Source: a virus (taxonomy: Duplodnaviria > Caudoviricetes). Taken from it: DNA of 29,557 nt. Positions 23,191-29,557 of this stretch are shown piece after piece. The position numbers and the translations under genes are program-made. The DNA lies in the IMG/VR virus record IMGVR_UViG_3300012894_000017, positions 1-29,557 of that record; one strand, written 5' to 3'. The first letter of the stretch is position 1. Every line of letters starts with the position of its first letter. The notes beneath the pieces are model-generated. The model was given only the letters and a program-made list of their open reading frames with translations. It had not been told where the DNA came from and searched no databases.

Positions 23191-23733
23191 ATGACGTTAG
23201 CCAAACACAACCTCGAAGCGCTAGGACCGTTCATGGCCATCGGTGATGACGGAACCCGGGCACAGCTTCATGCCCGGCTGCTTCGTGATTGGATGGCAGA
23301 TAAGGGCCTTAAAGCTCCTTCACTGGTACAGTCCGTCGAAAAGCAAGGCCAGCAAATTAGCGCCGATTACGTCAGGAAACTGACCCGTGGCGAGCGAGAG
23401 CTTTCGAGCGTGCCTCTTGAGTTGCGAGAGGCTATTCGACGTTCTCTTCGAGTAGGCGCGGAAGATTGGGAAAAGGCTACAGGATTGGCCACAGCTGCCG
23501 ATCTTGACCCCGACCCTCTAGTATTTGCGCGTCCTGTTCGCCAGCGCGAACTTCCAGAAGCGCTTCAGCAGATGATCGAACAGCGCAAGCATCTTGATCC
23601 CTCTGTTTTGGAGCCCCGCTGGCAGCAATACATGGCGGGCCAGCGTTTTAGTACTGGTACCGCAACTCCCGATCGGTACTGGAATCTGTTCCTGCTTCTG
23701 AAAAATGCAGGAGTAGAGCCGGGCGGAAATTAA
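23191..23733 (+). CDS. XRE-type prophage repressor with DdrO-like C-terminal domain
   Basis: HTH (LLRDWM...ISADYVRKLTRGER); C-terminal LPEAL...PRWQQYMAGQRF...YWNLFLLLK; coupled (TAATG) to the metallopeptidase. Confidence 0.8.
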   Translation: MTLAKHNLEALGPFMAIGDDGTRAQLHARLLRDWMADKGLKAPSLVQSVEKQGQQISADYVRKLTRGERELSSVPLELREAIRRSLRVGAEDWEKATGLATAADLDPDPLVFARPVRQRELPEALQQMIEQRKHLDPSVLEPRWQQYMAGQRFSTGTATPDRYWNLFLLLKNAGVEPGGN

Positions 23734-24368
23734 TGGACGAGCACGTCACCTACTTGCTGGATTTCGGAGCCAAGCTTTACGCGAAACACGATTTTCCACC
23801 CACACCTTTCGAGCTGGCTGCCGCACTAGGAATTCGCATGATCCCTGGTGATGAAGACAGCGCAAACGCTGGACCGCCCGCAGTGATCACCTATAGCACT
23901 CGCCATCTCAGCAAAGTGCGTTGGCCGCTGTGGCACGAAATCGCCCATGTCGTCTCGGCGTGGTACGGCATTGAGCAGGATTTACAAGACGCCCTCGGTG
24001 TGGACCGGGCCAGTAAGCGGATCGAAGATATTGCCGATCTCCTCGCTGGCCTTTTTGCTGTACCAGCCCCACTGGTTCGGCATGCCGTCCATATGTTCGG
24101 CGTGACCACAACAGCCGTGCTGTACGTGGCCGAAAAGGGCAACGTTACACCTGCCGTCGCACTACGCCGAGTGATCTATCACGACCTGACCGCAAGTCGG
24201 GCCGGAGCCATCTTGGTTGGCTCGCACGTTATTGATTTGGCGGCACAGAATTATCGGCTCCCTTTCGTTCAGGGAGAACGCATTCCAGAAGCTCACATAT
24301 CGCTGCCAGGTGCCGACCTACGCCTATTCAAGCGTAGTGCAGTACTAGCCATATGGGATGGATCGTGA
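23733..24368 (+). CDS. ImmA/IrrE-family zinc metallopeptidase (antirepressor)
   Basis: RWPLWHEIAH (HExxH), IEDIADLLAGLFAVP, then HTH-like VAEKGNVTPAVALRR. Confidence 0.88.
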   Translation: MDEHVTYLLDFGAKLYAKHDFPPTPFELAAALGIRMIPGDEDSANAGPPAVITYSTRHLSKVRWPLWHEIAHVVSAWYGIEQDLQDALGVDRASKRIEDIADLLAGLFAVPAPLVRHAVHMFGVTTTAVLYVAEKGNVTPAVALRRVIYHDLTASRAGAILVGSHVIDLAAQNYRLPFVQGERIPEAHISLPGADLRLFKRSAVLAIWDGS

Positions 24369-24392
24369 CGTAGTGCTTCAGGAGTGACGTCA

Positions 24393-24417
24393 CACTGCAC
24401 CCGCCCAGCTGGCGGGG
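24393..24417 (+). repeat. Cargo-cassette motif, copy 1
   Basis: CACTGCA-CCCGCC-cagct-GGCGGG; related copies at 25798 and 26785. Confidence 0.55.
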
Positions 24418-24444
24418 ACCTTGGGGAAGGTATTGGGGGGAGAT

Positions 24445-25383
24445 ATGAAAACAAGCGTAATCGTTCTGGCACTTCTACTCATGGGTATTCCGGTTAAAGC
24501 ACAGAGCGATTTTGTTAAGCCGGGTTCCATTGGTCAACCCTCCGTTTCCAACAGTTCATGCACTTTTACAGACTTTAGTACACCATTAATCACATGTTGG
24601 GTTGGACAGAAAATATTATTCCTTCCCCAATCAAAGGACTTTCAACATTTCGGCTATCAACTGTTCAAGAGGCTTGGGAGTGAGAGTCGGACCATTCCTT
24701 ACGAGGAATTGGCAGGAAAAGTCGGCACAATAACAAACGTTATGCAAGGCTACTTGCATTATGATGTCACTGTAGTTATTGATGATACGCAGAAAACATA
24801 CATCGGTGAAGCATATGGCAACGAGGATCGCGGATATACTATTGATGGGATAGCTCTCTTACGAGAGCTGCAAGATGCGAGAAATGCGTTAAAGGGAAGA
24901 ACGGTGTGGCTAAGCTCTTATGAACTAGGCCAATATGACGATGCAAAAGGAAAGACAAGTTTTTTGCCAACCAAAGGATTCAGACCCACATTTGTTGAGG
25001 ACGTGGTGGCAGGCTCGTTTAGTTTTGAACCAGTCCGACTAATTGTCAAAACAGAGAGTGGCGCTGAAGGCTATGTTGATATTAGCTACTCTGGAGTCAA
25101 TAGCGGAAGTGTCGGAAAGCTTTTTACATTTGATAAGCAGGTAAGTTTAGTAGATCCACGAAAGTCGCACAATTGGAGCAGTGAGGTGTGGGTAGCTATC
25201 GAAAACAAGAAGGTTATTCCAGGAATGACGATGGAGCAAGTTAGATTTTTTCTTCCGCAAAATCACACCACAGATCAAACAACCACAAAAGATGGACTCA
25301 TAGAGCAGTGGACGTTTAAGAGCTACGGATTGGTGACGTTTTTAAATGGAACTGTATCCAGCTTTACTACGCTTGGCAACTAA
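24445..25383 (+). CDS. Secreted/periplasmic hypothetical protein (low-GC cargo)
   Basis: Signal peptide MKTSVIVLALLLMGIPVKA-Q; GGAG RBS; C-terminal GMTMEQV...EQWTF...VTFLNG motif like SmpA/BamE-type domains. Confidence 0.8.
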   Translation: MKTSVIVLALLLMGIPVKAQSDFVKPGSIGQPSVSNSSCTFTDFSTPLITCWVGQKILFLPQSKDFQHFGYQLFKRLGSESRTIPYEELAGKVGTITNVMQGYLHYDVTVVIDDTQKTYIGEAYGNEDRGYTIDGIALLRELQDARNALKGRTVWLSSYELGQYDDAKGKTSFLPTKGFRPTFVEDVVAGSFSFEPVRLIVKTESGAEGYVDISYSGVNSGSVGKLFTFDKQVSLVDPRKSHNWSSEVWVAIENKKVIPGMTMEQVRFFLPQNHTTDQTTTKDGLIEQWTFKSYGLVTFLNGTVSSFTTLGN

Positions 25384-25549
25384 TGCTCCGTGGTAACTCA
25401 TCTGTTCACAAGCCTGAGCCAAGCGCGCGTTGCGAGCGCCTTCCCTTCTGGCTGTTCGACCGGGTACCCGAACCGCACGTCGTCTTGCCTGGGGCGTCAC
25501 TGCTTCGCCTGTCACGTGGCGGTGGCCTGCTGGGCGAGTGGACCGGCAG

Positions 25550-25753
25550 ATGACCAGATTCCTGACCCCTCGGACCTCCGCAGTGCTGACGATCATCGCT
25601 GCGCTCGCGGTGGTGTACTTCAACACGAGACTGCTCAAACCAGCCTTTGGCGCGTGGCCCTACGCTGGCATCCTCTGGGGCCTGATCACGGCCGCCTACG
25701 GCGCGAGCCTGTTGATCCGGGCATGGGGAAAGGGCAGCAGTGCGGCCCCTTGA
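25550..25753 (+). CDS. Small 2-TM membrane protein
   Basis: 67 aa; two hydrophobic helices. Confidence 0.55.
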   Translation: MTRFLTPRTSAVLTIIAALAVVYFNTRLLKPAFGAWPYAGILWGLITAAYGASLLIRAWGKGSSAAP

Positions 25754-25797
25754 TAAGCGGGGGATGGAGGTTATGGCGGAGTGAATGAGCAACCGAC

Positions 25798-25823
25798 CTG
25801 CACTGCACCGCTCGGCCAGCGGG
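25798..25823 (+). repeat. Cargo-cassette motif, copy 2
   Basis: CTGCACTGCACCGCTCGGCCAGCGGG. Confidence 0.65.
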
Positions 25824-25862
25824 AGACTTCAAAAGCGGCACCTTGGTATCAGGAGATATGAC

Positions 25863-26075
25863 ATGTCGAAGCCGCCCCGCCCTCAGCGTCCCGACCGAAT
25901 TCGGGCCTGGATTTTGATCATCCTTGGCATCCTCATGCTCCTCGCTGGGGCGGGCTTCGCCCTCAACCGCTTCATGGCCCTGGACATCTTTCCGATCGCG
26001 CTTGGAATCGCTTTGATTCTTATCGGTTACCGGTTCCTGAACCGCAAGCGGGTTTTCAAGGTCGACAACACGTGA
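25863..26075 (+). CDS. Small 2-TM membrane protein
   Basis: 70 aa; AGGAG RBS; two hydrophobic helices with basic flanks. Confidence 0.7.
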   Translation: MSKPPRPQRPDRIRAWILIILGILMLLAGAGFALNRFMALDIFPIALGIALILIGYRFLNRKRVFKVDNT

Positions 26076-26174
26076 GGGATGGAGCGACATGGAAATCCAT
26101 ACAGTTGACCAAAAGCCTGCCCGGAATACCGAACGACAGGGACAGCGAACGGTGGTTCGAGGGCAGAGCGTGAC

Positions 26175-26525
26175 GTGGTGAAGCGGTCAGTCGCACGGTT
26201 CGCCGCCCAGGTCGCCATGTTCGCGTTCATCGTGGTGCTGGCGGGTGTGCTCCACCCCTACCTGAGCAGGTCCGATAACAAGCTGATGTGGATCCTCATC
26301 TTCCTGATCATCCTTGGCCTGCTGATGCTGCCAGGCTGGCTCTTCGACCGCCGACAGAAGCCCGTGAAGCCGAAGATCGTCAAGATCCACAAGTCGATCT
26401 CACTTCCAGATGGTGGCCAACTCTTCGTCAGCAGGAACGGCATCGGCCCGATTGACGGCTTCAAAGGGTTTCGCACCACAGCGATATATGACGCTGCTCG
26501 CCAGGAGAATAGTTCAGATGAGTAA
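26175..26525 (+). CDS. Small 2-TM membrane protein with soluble tail
   Basis: 116 aa; two hydrophobic helices. Confidence 0.6.
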   Translation: MVKRSVARFAAQVAMFAFIVVLAGVLHPYLSRSDNKLMWILIFLIILGLLMLPGWLFDRRQKPVKPKIVKIHKSISLPDGGQLFVSRNGIGPIDGFKGFRTTAIYDAARQENSSDE

Positions 26526-26766
26526 GCGGGAGGTGGCACACGGTGAACGGATGAGCGTGGTGAAGGCCATCACTCTACAAATCAGCCGACGCCGCCTGGG
26601 CATTGCTCTCACCTTCCTGGGCCTCATCAGCAGCGTCGTCTTTTCCGTACTTTGCGTGATCCACGGCGGGCTCTTCCTCAAGGTACTGGCAATCGCAAGC
26701 ACACTCATCCTTGCGTTAGGACTCACACTGCTAAACCCGGTACGACTTCTTGAAGGGGAGCCCTGA
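26518..26766 (+). CDS. Small 2-TM membrane protein
   Basis: ATG 26518 overlaps the upstream gene end (alternative start 26551); two hydrophobic helices. Confidence 0.55.
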   Translation: MSKREVAHGERMSVVKAITLQISRRRLGIALTFLGLISSVVFSVLCVIHGGLFLKVLAIASTLILALGLTLLNPVRLLEGEP

Positions 26767-26784
26767 CGTGGTGACCTGAAGTAG

Positions 26785-26811
26785 CTGCACCGCACCCGCT
26801 CGGCCAGCGGG
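26785..26811 (+). repeat. Cargo-cassette motif, copy 3
   Basis: CTGCACCGCACCCGCTCGGCCAGCGGG. Confidence 0.65.
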
Positions 26812-26833
26812 GGAAGGGGAAAGAGGCGAGAAT

Positions 26834-27154
26834 ATGACCAAAGAAGTTTTTCCAGTCCACTCAATCGACATCAAGCCAGTTATCACTTCAGGAATGGAAT
26901 CGTTGTTCAGCAACTATGTCTTTGTCGGGACAGATTCCGAAATGTACTACATTGATTTTCATCACACTGATAGCAATTACCTGGCGCAGAACCTGCAAGA
27001 ACTTCGGAATACGGAAGGTGTAGCGATTCTGGAATCACCATCAGTCGCCCGACTGGCCATATCCGCGAATACGGCCAAAAAGCTCATCGAGCTTCTCGTC
27101 GGACAGATGCACGCCAACGGTCTACTTCTTCCTGTTCAAGAAGCGGATTCATGA
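26834..27154 (+). CDS. DUF3467-like protein
   Basis: FSNYVFV...YYIDF...VARLAISANTAKKLIELL pattern; GAGG RBS. Confidence 0.65.
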   Translation: MTKEVFPVHSIDIKPVITSGMESLFSNYVFVGTDSEMYYIDFHHTDSNYLAQNLQELRNTEGVAILESPSVARLAISANTAKKLIELLVGQMHANGLLLPVQEADS

Positions 27155-27603
27155 CATTCATTCCGACCGGCCGACAGACAACGCCAATCGATCTCAACGC
27201 ACTCGAGCAGGTTTTACCTGCACTTCGTTCAGCGCCTCCGACCAACACTCCGCTGACCAGAGGCAGTTCCGCCAGCTCGAACGCTGTGAGATTAATTGCT
27301 ACTCGAGTGCGCATGATCCCACCTGAGGAGTCGTACACTGCCTCCATGACCGGCACGGCATGGGACGCGTTCATGAATCAGCCTGGAACTGTGGCGATCC
27401 GCCAGCAGCAGGCGATGTTCATGGAGATGCGCGAACAGTTCTACGCCGAGTACGAAGGGAAATACGTGGCCTTCTCGAACGGGGAGATTCTCGATTCCGA
27501 CGCCGATGACAGTGCCTTACTGGTGAGGACGCGAGAGCTGAGAAGGCAGAAATATGTCGTAGTCCTTCGCGTTCAGCGTGAGTACCCACCAGCCGAATTG
27601 TGA
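27151..27603 (+). CDS. Protein with C-terminal DUF5678-like domain
   Basis: FMEMREQFYAEYEGKYVAFSNGEILDSDADDSALL; low-complexity N-terminal extension; ATGA overlap. Confidence 0.7.
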   Translation: MTFIPTGRQTTPIDLNALEQVLPALRSAPPTNTPLTRGSSASSNAVRLIATRVRMIPPEESYTASMTGTAWDAFMNQPGTVAIRQQQAMFMEMREQFYAEYEGKYVAFSNGEILDSDADDSALLVRTRELRRQKYVVVLRVQREYPPAEL

Positions 27604-27971
27604 CCCGATTGTTCCCCATGACGCAAGTAGCGCTTGCGCAGGTCGCAATTTTGCCCGTTGAGTTCACTGGAAATTTAGGATCCAAAATACTGCCTGCGAA
27701 GCTCGACACAGGAGCTGAGATGTGTCATCTGTTTTGCATGGAAATTTTTGGGCTTACCGATGATCGGCATGTTGCCGAGATTGAATTTAGTGGCTTAGCT
27801 GGTGAAAGCCGCAAACTAAAAATCTACGAACTTGACGTACAAATTGCAGGTCGAACCTTCAAAGGTGTCAGGGTTGCCGCAGGGCAATCAGATCGTGCCA
27901 TTCTCGGTATGAATATTTTGAATAAGCTCCTGATTACCTTTGACGGCCCAGGCGACCAGTTTCAGCTGTGA
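27600..27971 (+). CDS. Retropepsin-like (clan AA) aspartyl protease
   Basis: 123 aa; LDTGA catalytic motif and AILGMNIL psi-loop motif; GTGA overlap. Confidence 0.85.
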   Translation: MTRLFPMTQVALAQVAILPVEFTGNLGSKILPAKLDTGAEMCHLFCMEIFGLTDDRHVAEIEFSGLAGESRKLKIYELDVQIAGRTFKGVRVAAGQSDRAILGMNILNKLLITFDGPGDQFQL

Positions 27972-29389
27972 CTCTGTCCACCACCGCCCGCATCTACATC
28001 AGGGTCTCTACCGGCCAGCAGGCGAGCGATGGGTACAGCATGGACGCCCAGCGCGAGAAGGCCATCGCCTGGTGCACCTACCAGGGCTTGAGCACCACCC
28101 AGATCTACCCCGACGCAGGCATCAGCGGATCTAGAAACGACCGACCCGCTCTCGCCCAGCTGCTCGCCGATCTGCAGGCCGGGGATACCGTGGTCGTGTA
28201 CGCCCTGTCCCGCCTGGGGCGCGGCGGGGCCATGCAGATGCTCGGCATTATCAACCAGATCAGGAAGGCCAAAGCCCGACTGGTCAGCCTGACCGAGCAC
28301 ATTGACACCGAGACCAGCGCCGGCCGCCTGATGCTGACCGTTCTGGCAGCCCTGGCCGAGTTGGAGGTCGAGCAGACCCGGGAGCGCAGCGAGAGCGGCC
28401 GGATCGAGGCGGCCCGGCAGGGCACCTATCCGCTCGGCACGCACAGCCTGCCGCTGGGCTGGATGCGAGGTGCGGACGGCCGCGTGGTTGCCGACGAGCA
28501 CGCCCCGACAGTGCGCCTGGTCATGGAACAGGGCAAGGTGCCGTACGAGCGCACCGCGAAGATGCTGACGGCCCGAGGCGTGCCGACGGTGCGGGGCGGC
28601 AAGTGGGACGTGGCGAGCGTCCGGAATATCGTGCGCGAGGAGGCGTATGCCAGTGGCTTGCTGCGGTACCGCAGCAAGAGCCGCCCGGACGCTCCCGAGG
28701 ACTGGGTGAGCGTGCCGGTGCCGCCACTGGTCACGCGGGAACTGTGGGAGGCCGCGCAGCGCTCCGGCCGTGCCAACCACGCCCACAAGCGGCCGGATAA
28801 GTTCCCGCTCACTGGGCACCTGCTGTGCGCCTGCGGCAGCGCCGTGATGGGACACACGGGCGGCGAGGGCATCCCGAACGCCTACATCTGTTACGACCGG
28901 GTGCGCAAGACGCCCACCTGCGCCAGCAATGGCAAGCGCACGCGGGGCTGGTACACGGCCGAGCGGATCGCTACAGAGGCCCGAAAGGTGCTCGGCGCGT
29001 ACCTCGCACAGCCCCTCGACCCGGCCCGGCTGCGCGGCCTCGACAGCAGCTCCCCCCTATTGGACGAACACGCCCAGGAGAAGGCGCGGATCAATCAGCA
29101 GCTCGAAGCCCTGGTGACGCTGCACCTGCACGGCGAGATCAACTACGACCACTACGTCGCGCACCGCGCCGGCCTGCTGGCCCGGCTGAATGCCCTGACA
29201 CCCACGGTCGCCGAACCGGCGGCGGAACCCCTGCGCGATCTCAGCCGCTGGGTTCCGGCCGTCCTGAGCGGCGACAACGAGGAGCTGGCCCGGCTGCTCG
29301 ACCTGTTGGGCGTGACGTTCGGACTGATCGAGGGCGGAGGCCTGCAGGTGCTACGGCTCGTGCCAGTGGGCGGCGAGAGCGCTCTCTGA
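27968..29389 (+). CDS. int: Large serine recombinase (phage integrase)
   Basis: YIRVST catalytic Ser, SRLGR, recombinase domain, Zn ribbon LTGHLLCACG...YIC...C, coiled coil. Confidence 0.95.
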   Translation: MTLSTTARIYIRVSTGQQASDGYSMDAQREKAIAWCTYQGLSTTQIYPDAGISGSRNDRPALAQLLADLQAGDTVVVYALSRLGRGGAMQMLGIINQIRKAKARLVSLTEHIDTETSAGRLMLTVLAALAELEVEQTRERSESGRIEAARQGTYPLGTHSLPLGWMRGADGRVVADEHAPTVRLVMEQGKVPYERTAKMLTARGVPTVRGGKWDVASVRNIVREEAYASGLLRYRSKSRPDAPEDWVSVPVPPLVTRELWEAAQRSGRANHAHKRPDKFPLTGHLLCACGSAVMGHTGGEGIPNAYICYDRVRKTPTCASNGKRTRGWYTAERIATEARKVLGAYLAQPLDPARLRGLDSSSPLLDEHAQEKARINQQLEALVTLHLHGEINYDHYVAHRAGLLARLNALTPTVAEPAAEPLRDLSRWVPAVLSGDNEELARLLDLLGVTFGLIEGGGLQVLRLVPVGGESAL

Positions 29390-29430
29390 TGAGTGCACGG
29401 AGTATTGCTGTCGCCGTTGAGGGTGTTGAT
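29380..29430. other. Prophage-host junction (hybrid att site)
   Basis: Host-protein similarity ends after NTLNGDSN (codon 29406-29404), about 15 bp past the int stop; exact crossover not determinable. Confidence 0.7.
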
Positions 29431-29557
29431 GATTACGTCGGGCTTGGCGGCCTTAATCTTGTTGATCACCGAGCTGAATTCGGTGCCGCCCAGCGCCACG
29501 TACTCCTCGCCGGCCACCGCCGCTTTCTGTGCCAGGATGTGCTTCTTCAGCACCAGA
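29404..29557 (-). pseudogene. urtA: Interrupted host urea/short-chain amide ABC transporter substrate-binding protein (internal fragment; 5' end beyond the window)
   Basis: GEEYVALGGTEFSSVINKIKAAKPDVIINTLNGDSN is the UrtA/AmiC signature; the expected VAFF-type continuation is replaced by unrelated sequence. Confidence 0.82.

Larger units (their letters stand above)
1..29405. mobile_element. Integrated temperate prophage (right part; tail and lysis genes presumably left of the window)
   Basis: Ordered head, packaging, replication, immunity and serine-integrase modules, ending at an interrupted host gene at about 29405. Confidence 0.96.

Noticed and set aside
25550-26766. Small membrane proteins as holins
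   Set aside because: On the lysogeny strand, far from late genes, with no adjacent endolysin
390-27982. Isolated TGTCCAC/GTGGACA half-sites (about 390, 1550, 2597, 9866, 12147, 20555, 27976)
   Set aside because: No second half at 4-bp spacing; expected from common codon pairs
29152-29553. 133-aa minus-strand ORF as a complete gene
   Set aside because: A chimera of the host urtA-like fragment and antisense integrase sequence
1-29557. tRNA, rRNA, IS transposase, reverse transcriptase or DGR
   Set aside because: No supporting motifs seen by eye; a covariance-model scan was not run

Overview
The window is the right-hand ~29.4 kb of a temperate prophage in a GC-rich host. The host is inferred to be Deinococcus-like from a DdrO/IrrE-type repressor-protease pair and leaderless promoters. 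On the minus strand, from the left edge, lie the head and packaging genes: major capsid, cement protein, S49 protease with a nested scaffold, portal, TerL and TerS. Next is a late leader with a sigma70-type promoter, hairpins and a repeat-flanked extra gene. A long early operon follows, with VRR-NUC, HNH-AP2, an orphan large ParB, an HTH replication initiator with internal iterons and two DnaA boxes, an ERF annealase and many small ORFs. A divergent cro/XRE-repressor switch with an ImmA/IrrE-like metallopeptidase comes next. Plus-strand cargo follows: a secreted protein, four small membrane proteins, and a DUF3467-like/DUF5678-like/retropepsin trio translationally coupled to a large serine integrase. 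The prophage interrupts a host UrtA/AmiC-family ABC substrate-binding gene at about 29405. The most notable items are the aspartyl-protease trio coupled to int, a repeated hairpin motif ahead of cargo cassettes, a shared hairpin in the early and late leaders, a dispersed 18-bp palindrome, a portal with no canonical start that is in frame with TerL, and an HNH insertion that duplicated the N-terminus of its target gene. All family calls come from motif recognition by eye; no searches were run.
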